Virus record (IMG/VR): IMGVR_UViG_3300017646_000178
Span: 1-41,450 of that record
Direction: 5' to 3' (one strand)
DNA length: 41,450 nucleotides
Source of the DNA: a virus
Taxonomy: Duplodnaviria; Caudoviricetes
The notes beneath the pieces are model-generated. The model was not told the origin of the DNA. It saw nothing but the letters and a program-made list of their open reading frames with translations, and searched no databases. Numbering within the stretch: position 1 is the stretch's first letter; each line of letters opens with the position of its first letter. Positions 26,645 to 34,717 of this stretch are shown here, in pieces. A program made the position numbers and the translations under genes.

Positions 26645-28104
26645 CAGGCGTCGAACGGTCCGTAGTTGACGGTCATCGAGAACAGGGGCGGGGCGTCCGG
26701 AATGGATGTGTGCCGGAACACGGTCACGGTGCCGTCGGTGAGGATCTGGATGCCGGCACGTGGCATGGTGCTGCCGCTCAGGGAGTTGGCGGCGGTGACC
26801 TGGTGGGTCAGATTCACTAGCGGCCGGTAGCCGACGGGCAGCGGGCTTGACAGCACCTCCGCGCCCGTGTAGTCGAGGCTGATGCAGGCCTGGATCTCGA
26901 CCCATCCGTCCGCGTCCTTTCGATACCTGAACGCGCCGATGGAGTCGCCCAGGGTCGGGTAGATCCACGGGTCGCCACCTCCGCCGCCGGCGATCGCCTG
27001 AACCGCCGAGGCGAAATCCTCCCCGCTCATCGGCACGAACTGATTGGTGTCCGGGTCAGCGATGACGAAGGACGAATCCTCGAGGTCGCCATCCCATGAG
27101 AGCCAGTCGGCCTCGACGCCGGCGAGATGATGATGGGTGGTGTTCGCCTTCCCCGCGAGCGCCGTAGCCAGCCCGTCAATATCGCTCTGGGTGTGGGTGT
27201 GCGCGGTCGGCGTCCGGGCGTTCGAGAGCCGAGCGTCGGAATCGGTCACGTACTTGTTACCGGCCCCGGGCGACCCCGCCGTGCCCGCAAGCGCCGCTTT
27301 CTCACCCGACGAAGGAAACCGACCATCCCCCGTGTCAGCCTTCCCCGACAGCGCATCCGACAACCCGTCAACATCCGAAACCTCATGCGAATGCGCCTTC
27401 GGTTCCCTCGCGTCCGACAACCTCGAATCCTGATTGGTCACATACTTGTTGTCGGAACCCGGGGTGCCGGCCGTGCCCGCCAAGGCGTTCTTCTCACCCG
27501 ACGTCGGGAACCGGCTGTCATCACCGGCCGCCGCATGGGTCGAACCCGTACCCAACCGCCGCAAAGACTCGTCCGTCGCGGCTGCGCTACCGGACGGCTT
27601 CAGCGACGAGTGAACCTTCGCGGCGGTCACCGACCCGTCAATCGGGGTTCTCGCGTCCGTCAGTCGCGCATCGTCGTCATAAACCAGGTCGCTGGTGTCG
27701 GTGATCCCATGAACCGACGTGGTCGCGGACTCATGGTCCGACAGAGCTGAATCGTCCACCTTCGCGCTGAGCGCATCACCAAGCCCGTCAACATCGGAAA
27801 TCTGATGAGAGTGCTCGGTCGGTTCTCTGGCATCGGACAGCCGCGGATCGGAGTCAGTCACGAACATGTTGGTGCCGGACGGAGTGCCGTTGGTGCCGGC
27901 CAACGCCGCCATCGTGTCCTCATCCAGACCCGACCCGACATTCCCCAGAGCCTCCCAGATCGCGGCGTCCGCCTCCTCGAGCGCGCCGACGGCACCGTCG
28001 ATCCGTGACTCCAGATCGTTCGCCTCCACATCCCGGAAACGCGAGGCGTCCGACGTGTCGAACGGATACCGGGTGTACGTTCTGGGTTCGAAGTTCTCGC
28101 TCAA
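26644..28104 (-). CDS. Fibre-like protein with three internal repeats
   Basis: Three copies of ALAGT.G.P...N..VT..D.RLS.AR.P..H.H..SD.DGL..AL..K; C-terminal receptor-binding-like domain (YRK..G.V...LP.GYRP). Confidence 0.75.
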   Translation of the reverse strand: MSENFEPRTYTRYPFDTSDASRFRDVEANDLESRIDGAVGALEEADAAIWEALGNVGSGLDEDTMAALAGTNGTPSGTNMFVTDSDPRLSDAREPTEHSHQISDVDGLGDALSAKVDDSALSDHESATTSVHGITDTSDLVYDDDARLTDARTPIDGSVTAAKVHSSLKPSGSAAATDESLRRLGTGSTHAAAGDDSRFPTSGEKNALAGTAGTPGSDNKYVTNQDSRLSDAREPKAHSHEVSDVDGLSDALSGKADTGDGRFPSSGEKAALAGTAGSPGAGNKYVTDSDARLSNARTPTAHTHTQSDIDGLATALAGKANTTHHHLAGVEADWLSWDGDLEDSSFVIADPDTNQFVPMSGEDFASAVQAIAGGGGGDPWIYPTLGDSIGAFRYRKDADGWVEIQACISLDYTGAEVLSSPLPVGYRPLVNLTHQVTAANSLSGSTMPRAGIQILTDGTVTVFRHTSIPDAPPLFSMTVNYGPFDA

Positions 28105-28382
28105 AGGCGCCGACCCTCCCGGCCTGCCCTACGAGCTGCCCAGCCCTTCAACCGGCGCGGCTGACGACGCCGCTCACGGCGACGTTCGTTCTCTCGTTCG
28201 ATTTCCCGGCCACGGGCCGCCGCCTCCTCCGGAGTAAGCGGACGATCGTTGAACACGCGGGCACCCTCCCGCCTCTTCACGAACCCATCCTTGTTCTCGA
28301 ACTCGCCAGCGTCACGCACGACCAAACTCCTTCCGCCAGGCCCACAGATCCTGCACCTGATCAAAGTCATCGGTTTCATCAA
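28101..28382 (-). CDS. Small basic hypothetical protein
   Basis: GTGA-coupled to the fibre gene but overlaps the upstream gene by ~70 nt. Confidence 0.45.
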   Translation of the reverse strand: MMKPMTLIRCRICGPGGRSLVVRDAGEFENKDGFVKRREGARVFNDRPLTPEEAAARGREIERENERRRERRRQPRRLKGWAARRAGREGRRL

Positions 28383-29007
28383 CCGGGGTTTCCACCCACC
28401 CGTTCTCCCGAGTTGCCAGCCCCGTCAACTTCCGGCGCTCGCTACGGGTGTAAGTCAGGCCGCCGGTGTGCCGATGCCAGAAAAACCGCCACGGTCCACC
28501 ACGCCGGTTCATGCCCTTCACACCCGCCACCGCCTTGGCGACCCGTTCGACCTCGTCAACATCCTCGGGAACCCGGAACGACAGACCGAACGATTCGGAC
28601 CGGCGATGATGCTTCTGCGACAACGCCCGTCCGTAGATCGTGGGCTGGTCCGGGTCATGGTCCAGAATCACATCCAGGGTCGCGTCGGTGTAGAACACGT
28701 CCCCGTACACACCCACCACCCGGCCCTGCTCCGGCCAGTACGGACGATGGTCGAGGAACTTGCCCATCTCTCCCATCCAGTCCTCGTGGGCGGCCTCCAC
28801 CGGATTCAGGCCCTGCCACGCCCGGTTCGCGGGATCCCGCACCACCGTCAACGGATCATGTCCGCGGTCGGTGAGCATCCGGAACGTCCGGTGGATGATC
28901 GGTTCGCCGTCCACCTCGGTGAACTGCTTCAAACCGACCGCGCCGGACTTCTGCCACCGGGTCTGTTTACCGGCGGCAAGGATCAGAACCGTCACGGATT
29001 CCGACAT
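28312..29007 (-). CDS. Nucleotidyltransferase (GT-A fold; LicC/NTP_transf-like)
   Basis: ILAAG.QTRW...K....DGEPII.RT...YGDVFY. Confidence 0.8.
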   Translation of the reverse strand: MSESVTVLILAAGKQTRWQKSGAVGLKQFTEVDGEPIIHRTFRMLTDRGHDPLTVVRDPANRAWQGLNPVEAAHEDWMGEMGKFLDHRPYWPEQGRVVGVYGDVFYTDATLDVILDHDPDQPTIYGRALSQKHHRRSESFGLSFRVPEDVDEVERVAKAVAGVKGMNRRGGPWRFFWHRHTGGLTYTRSERRKLTGLATRENGWVETPVDETDDFDQVQDLWAWRKEFGRA

Positions 29008-29040
29008 GAACGACCTGCCTTTCCGTCAGATACGAAAGAA

Positions 29041-29123
29041 CAGAGGGCGGGGGAGTCGAACCCCGGGCCAGGAGGCCCCCACCGGGTTTGAAGTCCGGTT
29101 TGCCGCCACCGGCGGCACCCTCT
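29041..29123 (-). tRNA. Atypical class-II tRNA, anticodon UCA (opal-reading; Ser/Sec-like)
   Basis: AGAGGGUG/CGCCCUCU acceptor, G discriminator, GCCGCC-GGU-GGCGGC D arm, ACCGG(A)-CUUCAAA-(C)CCGGU anticodon arm, GGGCC-UCCU-GGCCC variable arm, GGGG-UUCGACU-CCCC T arm; CCA not encoded. Confidence 0.85.
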
Positions 29124-29202
29124 TGAAACGTGGTGGTGCCGGGTCGTGTGCCGGCGCCCCGATCGGTCCAGGGCACGCCCTTCCAACGTGCCGTCACCCG
29201 AT

Positions 29203-29307
29203 CTAGACGCCGGACCCGGAACCACTGCCCGAGCCCGAGCCCGAGCCTGACCCTGAACCGAAACCCGATCCAGAGCCAGAACCCGAGCCCGAACCCGAGC
29301 CGGAACC
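29203..29307 (-). CDS. In-frame (Gly-Ser)n readthrough extension of the capsid gene
   Basis: 34 codons [34 protein letters not shown] after the TGA, ending in TAG, with varied synonymous codons. Confidence 0.75.
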   Translation of the reverse strand, partial: GSGSGSGSGSGSGSGFGSGSGSGSGSGSGSGSGV

Positions 29308-30717
29308 TCAGCTGCTGCCCGAACCGGAGCCGGAGCCGGAGATCAGACCGAGATCCGGGCCGATCACGCCGGGCTTCACGCCCTCGATCACCTCGAACGA
29401 CTCGCCCCGCACGACCAGGAACCCGGAGCGTTCCTCACCACGGAACCAGGTCGAGTTGTTCTTGAACCCGAGCGACGTGTCCACGTCAACCCGGAACGGG
29501 GTCCGGTCGAACACGACCGCGTCCTGGAAGTTCCCGACGATGATCGGGGACTCGTCCTGGCCCGTGCCCTGGTCGACCGGGATGATCGGATCCTGGGTGA
29601 CCGGCAGACCGAGCAGAACCGGCTTCGACTCCTGCTCCGGTGCCGAACCCGAACCCTGCGGGCTGCCGTACAGCCACCCGACCCCGGTCTCGAACGCGAG
29701 CGCGATCACCGTCCACACGGCCGGCGACAGCGCGATGTCGGTCGGGGTGCGCTTCCCGTTGATCCGGATGCGCTGGATCGACACGAACACCTGCTCGATG
29801 ATGTCCTTCGCCGTCACCGCGCCCGAACCCGAGCCCGAACCCGAACCCGAACCTGTCGCGCCGATGATGCGGCCGGGCACGTCCGGATCGGACAGCAGAC
29901 CGAGCGGCTCACCGGTGCCGCCCCCGAGCAGCGCCAGCCGGTTCTTCTCCGCCCCGACCGCGTACCCGAGCTCCGAGGCGATCCACGCCCTGGCCGCCGG
30001 GTAGTCCTCCAGCGTCTGGTTCGGCACCTGGGTCAGACCAGCAATCGTGAACGCCCGGGCATCGACCAGACCGAACGTCGGGTCCGACTCCGGCTTCGCG
30101 CCCATCTCCGCCACCACCTGGGCCTGGAGACCGGACGTGTACTTCGGCCACTCGACCGAGCTCGAGCTGATCTTGATGCGCCGACACAGCTGGATGAACG
30201 GGGTCGCGTGGTGAAGGAACGGCAGCGCCTCCTGAACCTCGGGGAGGATCAGGTCGACGTCCTCGAGGTCACCCGACGCCCACGCCTTGACGCGGTCTTC
30301 GGACTCGATCGCGTGCCGGTACTCGGCCAGCTCCGCCGCAAGCTGCGGGTTCTGAGCGGCGGTCTTCATGTCGAGGAAGAGGTTCTCCCCCTTGTACCGC
30401 TCGACCTTGCCGGTCTTGACCTCACCGTCGGCGGCGGCCTTCGCACCGTTCAGCGACCGCGGGTCACCCTCGGGAAGCTTCTCGAGCTCCTCGATCCGTT
30501 CCCGGAGCGCCTTGACCTCCGCGGACTCGTTCTCCTTGATCGCCTGGATCACGACCTCGGAGAGATCGTTCACCTCGGCGTTCCGCTTCTCGGCCTCGGC
30601 CTTCTGCAGCGGATCGTCCGTTTCGAGGGCCTTGCCGATCGCTTCGACCAGCCCTTCGCGGAGATGATCGAGACGGTCCTCGCTCTCCTTCTGTTTGTCC
30701 TTTGTCAAAAGTCCCAT
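29308..30717 (-). CDS. HK97-fold major capsid protein
   Basis: N-terminal coiled-coil delta domain; [42 protein letters not shown] motifs. Confidence 0.93.
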   Translation of the reverse strand: MGLLTKDKQKESEDRLDHLREGLVEAIGKALETDDPLQKAEAEKRNAEVNDLSEVVIQAIKENESAEVKALRERIEELEKLPEGDPRSLNGAKAAADGEVKTGKVERYKGENLFLDMKTAAQNPQLAAELAEYRHAIESEDRVKAWASGDLEDVDLILPEVQEALPFLHHATPFIQLCRRIKISSSSVEWPKYTSGLQAQVVAEMGAKPESDPTFGLVDARAFTIAGLTQVPNQTLEDYPAARAWIASELGYAVGAEKNRLALLGGGTGEPLGLLSDPDVPGRIIGATGSGSGSGSGSGAVTAKDIIEQVFVSIQRIRINGKRTPTDIALSPAVWTVIALAFETGVGWLYGSPQGSGSAPEQESKPVLLGLPVTQDPIIPVDQGTGQDESPIIVGNFQDAVVFDRTPFRVDVDTSLGFKNNSTWFRGEERSGFLVVRGESFEVIEGVKPGVIGPDLGLISGSGSGSGSS

Positions 30718-30723
30718 GATGGG

Positions 30724-31500
30724 CTACTCCTTCTGGTTCTTGAGCTTCGTTAGTTCGTGGATGGCGGCGAGGCCGCCCTCGTAGAACGCCCGCTCGATCA
30801 CGTCGGCCGTGATCGCGTCGGGGAGTAGCCCTCCCAGGGCGTCGTGAAGTTCCTTGACCGTGGCCCGGTCCAGATGATCAGCCCGGTCGTCCTTGGCGAA
30901 GTAGCCGGACAGCTGATGAATCAACGACTTCGCGTTCCGATGGAACTGGTCCACCTGCGCGTCGGCGCGACTGTCCAGAGACTTCACCTCAGACACCGTG
31001 GCGAGCTCGTTCGCCGGGAACGTGACCGGCGAAAACTCGTGAAGGTCGATTTCCTTCAGCAGCCAGGCATCGAGGTTGTCGTTGCGTTCCTCGACCGCGA
31101 CCCGGTAACCGATCGACAGGCCGTTCACGACCCCGTCGGTCATCAGTGGCAGAACCTCTTCCTGAACGAACTTGGTGTTCGACAGGGTGCCCTCGGCCAC
31201 CAGCCCGTAGTCATCCTCGTACGCGGTGCCAAGCCCGATCGGTTTGCTGGGGTCGTGTTGCCACAGCACCTTCACCTCCGGGCGTTCCCGGAGGCTCTTC
31301 TCGAAGGCGCCCTTGACGATGATGTCGCCGTGGTGGTCCCGGTTGCCGAACACGGCCGCGTACCCGCGGAACTTTCGGCGGCCCTCATCATCAGGGTCAG
31401 CGAGCTTCACTGCCCGCATCGGGAACGTGGCCTTGCGCTCCTGTTCACGCTCGGCGGTCGCAGACTTGACTCGAAGCGAGTTCACTGGAGCCTCCTTCAC
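30724..31500 (-). CDS. HK97-family prohead protease
   Basis: FRGYAAVFGN.D...DII.KGAF, LWQHD...PIG, GLSIGY, L.E.S.VTFPAN. Confidence 0.93.
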   Translation of the reverse strand: MKEAPVNSLRVKSATAEREQERKATFPMRAVKLADPDDEGRRKFRGYAAVFGNRDHHGDIIVKGAFEKSLRERPEVKVLWQHDPSKPIGLGTAYEDDYGLVAEGTLSNTKFVQEEVLPLMTDGVVNGLSIGYRVAVEERNDNLDAWLLKEIDLHEFSPVTFPANELATVSEVKSLDSRADAQVDQFHRNAKSLIHQLSGYFAKDDRADHLDRATVKELHDALGGLLPDAITADVIERAFYEGGLAAIHELTKLKNQKE

Positions 31501-33671
31501 TTGATGACCGGCAGGCCGACACGCCGACAGTTCGGGTGCGCCAACGGTTCAGACTCGTATTTCGTAAGGGGCCACCGCTCACCGTTCGCGTCGGCGCATC
31601 CCTTGTCGCAATCCGTGCCGTCATCGATATCGACCTCATCGACACCGGCCTCCCGCATCGTCATCGCGGACGACCTGTTGAAAGCATGGGCGGTTTCCGT
31701 GCGGGCGATCCGGACGCCCTTCCACGTTTCGAACTCCTGATACACGCCCCGGATGCCCTTCAGCGTGACCTTCTCGGTGTCGCGTGCTCCGGGCGGTCCG
31801 ACATGGAACGTGCCACCGTTCGCGACATCGGAGGCGGTGAGACCGTACCGGACCCCTTCTCTGACTTCCGCCAACACCTGGTCGCGTAGATCGTCGGGCA
31901 CCGTTTTGACGCCCTTGGGACGGTCGGCGATCTCCTCGAGCATGCCTCGGATGGCCGGGTTGTCCAGGGTGAAAAAGTCAAGGTTCCCGCCGATCAGCCC
32001 GGTCGTCTGGGTGGCACCCTGCTCCGCAGCAGCGATGTGGAAAGTCTCCACGAGGGTGATCAGGTCCTCGCCGGTGCCGTTCCAGTCATGCGCGGCGATC
32101 ACCGCTTCGAGGTCCGGCACGGTCTTCTTGACTCCGAGCTCGGCCAGCAGCTCATCCCGGTCCGTCATCAGGCGGCTCTTGATCTGGCCGGCCATCAGTC
32201 CGGTGAGTTTGTCGAGGGTGCGGCCCCTGGTCCGCATCCACTTCACCGCGATGTCGGTCGGAATGCCCCCGGCCTTTGCCTGGTAGGTCGGTTCGGGCCA
32301 CGGATCGATGGTGACCGCCTTCGCTTTAAGGTCGTCAGCGTTGGGCAGATCGCCCGGCTGGGCCGGGTCGGCCGCGTCGGACCCGCCAACATCGGGATCG
32401 CTGTCCTCTTCCCCGGTGAACGACACCAGCGACATCGGCTGGTACAGCTGATCCGCCGCTGGATCATCCAAAGGTTCGATCCCGGCAAGCTGACGGGCCT
32501 CGTTCGGGGTGCGGATCCCCGAGGCAACCTCCCGGGCCGCTCGTTCGGACCGTTCACCCTGCGACGTCTGGAGCGCCTCCACCTGGCTGTAGTCGGGCCG
32601 GACATAGTCGATGTCCGGGTAGAACGGAACCAGCGCGAACGTGATCCAGGAGCAGATGAAGTCCAGCAGCGGCTGAACCGTGGTTTCCCACAGAACCGTC
32701 CTGGCCGTCTCATAGTTCGAGTAGGTGGCGTTGTCGGTGATCCCGACCAGCATCGGTGGCACACCGAACGCCGCGACCTCCTCTTCCCGGGACATCTTCC
32801 GGCCCTCCCGGTACTCCATGTCCCGGGGGGTTTGGCCGAGCAGATGAACCGACGGGTTTCCGCCGAGGATCGCGGCCTTGTGTGCCCGGTCCAGACCTTT
32901 GAACGCCTGCCATTCCTTGCGGTTCGCGTCCCGTTCCTGGTCGGTCAGGCCCTTCTCGAACCCGATGATCAGATCCGGCCGGCCGCTGTTCCGGAAGAAC
33001 CTCTGGTCGTACCGGACCGCGTAATACTCGGACACGATCGCGTCCTTGGCCGCCCTCAGGGGGGACATGCCGTAGTAGTCGTCGAGCGGAGACGTGAACC
33101 TGCCGGCCACCACCGTTCCGGGCTGAACCCTCGGCGGGGTTGCCATGTCCAGCTCGATGACCGGTTCGGCCTCCAGGTTGGGCCGGTAGGCGATCCCGGT
33201 CACGCGACCGTTCGCGTCGGGTTCGACCCGGACCGAGTACGCCCGGAGCCGGTAGAGCTCGGCGATGCCGCCGCCGCGGGCCGGCACGATCTCCCACCAC
33301 CAGTCCCCGACCGTCTGCGACCAGAAGATCGTTTCCGAGACCAGCTTCATGTTCGGGTCGCGATGGTTCGGCCGCTGGATCAGCCGTAGAATGTCGTGGC
33401 CCTCCACCTCGACGTCGTCGGGATGGGGCCGGTCCGGGGTGCCCTTCCCCCGCATCGCTTTCAACGGCACCGACGCCGCCGTGTTTCGGAGCAGATCAAC
33501 TGACCGGCGCACCCAGATTCGGTCCCGGTACGCCTCAACGAATTCGCGGCGAGACCCCGGCTCGTATAGCTCACCGCGGGGGCCGGTGCCACCCAGCGGC
33601 CTCGGGTCGGGGGTGGACCGTGGGGGCCGCATCTTCAATCCGATCACTGGAACACCTCCGACAGGCAGCAC
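31497..33671 (-). CDS. Portal protein fused to a MuF-like minor head domain
   Basis: YGMSPL, FFRNSGRP, AFGVPP..VG....TYSN, TPNEAR; C-terminal RIARTET...C...NG...HPNCR. Exact start uncertain. Confidence 0.88.
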   Translation of the reverse strand: MLPVGGVPVIGLKMRPPRSTPDPRPLGGTGPRGELYEPGSRREFVEAYRDRIWVRRSVDLLRNTAASVPLKAMRGKGTPDRPHPDDVEVEGHDILRLIQRPNHRDPNMKLVSETIFWSQTVGDWWWEIVPARGGGIAELYRLRAYSVRVEPDANGRVTGIAYRPNLEAEPVIELDMATPPRVQPGTVVAGRFTSPLDDYYGMSPLRAAKDAIVSEYYAVRYDQRFFRNSGRPDLIIGFEKGLTDQERDANRKEWQAFKGLDRAHKAAILGGNPSVHLLGQTPRDMEYREGRKMSREEEVAAFGVPPMLVGITDNATYSNYETARTVLWETTVQPLLDFICSWITFALVPFYPDIDYVRPDYSQVEALQTSQGERSERAAREVASGIRTPNEARQLAGIEPLDDPAADQLYQPMSLVSFTGEEDSDPDVGGSDAADPAQPGDLPNADDLKAKAVTIDPWPEPTYQAKAGGIPTDIAVKWMRTRGRTLDKLTGLMAGQIKSRLMTDRDELLAELGVKKTVPDLEAVIAAHDWNGTGEDLITLVETFHIAAAEQGATQTTGLIGGNLDFFTLDNPAIRGMLEEIADRPKGVKTVPDDLRDQVLAEVREGVRYGLTASDVANGGTFHVGPPGARDTEKVTLKGIRGVYQEFETWKGVRIARTETAHAFNRSSAMTMREAGVDEVDIDDGTDCDKGCADANGERWPLTKYESEPLAHPNCRRVGLPVIK

Positions 33672-34246
33672 GGGTTCGGACCCTCGTGCGCGTGGAACTT
33701 GAGCTCGATGCCGTGCTTTTCGAAGTCGGGCACCGACAGGTAGGCGTGCGAGTTCGGGGCGGCCAGATACGTGGTGCCGCCCAGTGCCTTGATCGTGCGG
33801 ATCAGCTGCTCGGCGATCGAGTGGCCGCCAAGCTTGAACTCGGACTGGCGGCGCTGGACGGTGTCGATTCCCAAAGCGGGCAGGATCAGGTCGAGCAGGC
33901 CGGCGGACAGGTCAACGAGTTTCTGGCCGGACCAGTCGTTGCCGGCTATGAACCTCGGAATGTCCGGCTGGTAGTTCGGCTGCTCACCGAACACCCTTTC
34001 GATGTGGGCGGCATGGTCGACAGCCCATCCCTGGCCCTCGATTCGTACCTTCCGGAGCCGGTCCCGGTGTGACTCCCGGACGACCGGGACGGTGAGCTGG
34101 GTGCCGTCCGGGAGAACGTTCCGGTCCTGCCAGCCGGGGGTGCTGTAACGGATGTTGTCGAGCCACAACACGACGTCGGCGTCGGCGACCTTTCGGATCA
34201 CCGAAACGCCTGGCAGGTAGTTGAGCGGGTGTGAGGTGACGATCAC
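33644..34246 (-). CDS. WbqC-like protein
   Basis: H..NYLP.....K...AD....LD...Y....WQ.RN, LTVPV, G.T.YL......YL pattern. Confidence 0.75.
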   Translation of the reverse strand: MIVTSHPLNYLPGVSVIRKVADADVVLWLDNIRYSTPGWQDRNVLPDGTQLTVPVVRESHRDRLRKVRIEGQGWAVDHAAHIERVFGEQPNYQPDIPRFIAGNDWSGQKLVDLSAGLLDLILPALGIDTVQRRQSEFKLGGHSIAEQLIRTIKALGGTTYLAAPNSHAYLSVPDFEKHGIELKFHAHEGPNPCCLSEVFQ

Positions 34247-34534
34247 CTAGTCGATGGCGTTGAGTACCGCGGTGGTGTACTCGCGGTAGCGGTCCTTGAC
34301 CGCGGACTGGAGGTGGGTCCAGGGCTTGCCGTTCGGGTTGGCGACCTTGTGGAGCGCCTGGGCTGCCTTCTCGACCCGGGGATCTTCGGTGTCGACCGTG
34401 TCGGTGGCCGGTTCCTCGGGGGTGGTCTGGGTGGTGACGTCGGCGAGTTTCTGTTCGAGTTCGGCCTTGGTCGCGGACTTGTTGGCTTCGATGCCGTGCT
34501 CGGCGAGCTTGGCGATCAGTTCGTCCTTGTTCAT
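34247..34534 (-). CDS. HeH/LEM-like domain protein
   Basis: MNKDELIAKLAEHGIE...SATKAEL. Confidence 0.7.
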   Translation of the reverse strand: MNKDELIAKLAEHGIEANKSATKAELEQKLADVTTQTTPEEPATDTVDTEDPRVEKAAQALHKVANPNGKPWTHLQSAVKDRYREYTTAVLNAID

Positions 34535-34546
34535 GGGGTGGTCCTT

Positions 34547-34717
34547 TCAGGCGAGGGTCAGGAGTGCCGCTGCGAGTCCGATGGCGGCCGCGGCGGCGGC
34601 GGTCGTGGGCAGGGCCAGGTAGCCGGTGAGGGCGAGGTTTCGTAGGTCGTGGAGAAGCACGGTCAGGCCGATGGTTGCGGCGATGGTGGCGAAGAACACG
34701 AGAGCCGCAGAGGTCAT
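34547..34717 (-). CDS. 56-aa two-TM membrane protein (absent from ORF track)
   Basis: Manual translation MTSAALVFFATIAATIGLTVLL...AIGLAAALLTLA; AAGGAG RBS and ATGA overlap. Confidence 0.6.
   Translation of the reverse strand: MTSAALVFFATIAATIGLTVLLHDLRNLALTGYLALPTTAAAAAAIGLAAALLTLA

Noticed and set aside
26644-28104. Diversity-generating retroelement target
   Set aside because: No reverse transcriptase and no adenine-specific TR/VR pair seen; the repeats are ordinary protein repeats.
29203-29310. Selenocysteine insertion into the capsid
   Set aside because: No convincing SECIS hairpin at the usual spacing after the UGA, no redox-motif context, the tRNA lacks the 13-bp branch, and there is no selA/selB in the window. 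Disfavoured, not excluded.
22413-34249. Avoidance of TGA stops in late genes as an adaptation to the suppressor
   Set aside because: Protease, tail tube, tail terminator and GT end in TAG, but terL, portal, WbqC and the NTase end in TGA, and TAG also occurs in non-late genes. Too few cases to claim a bias.
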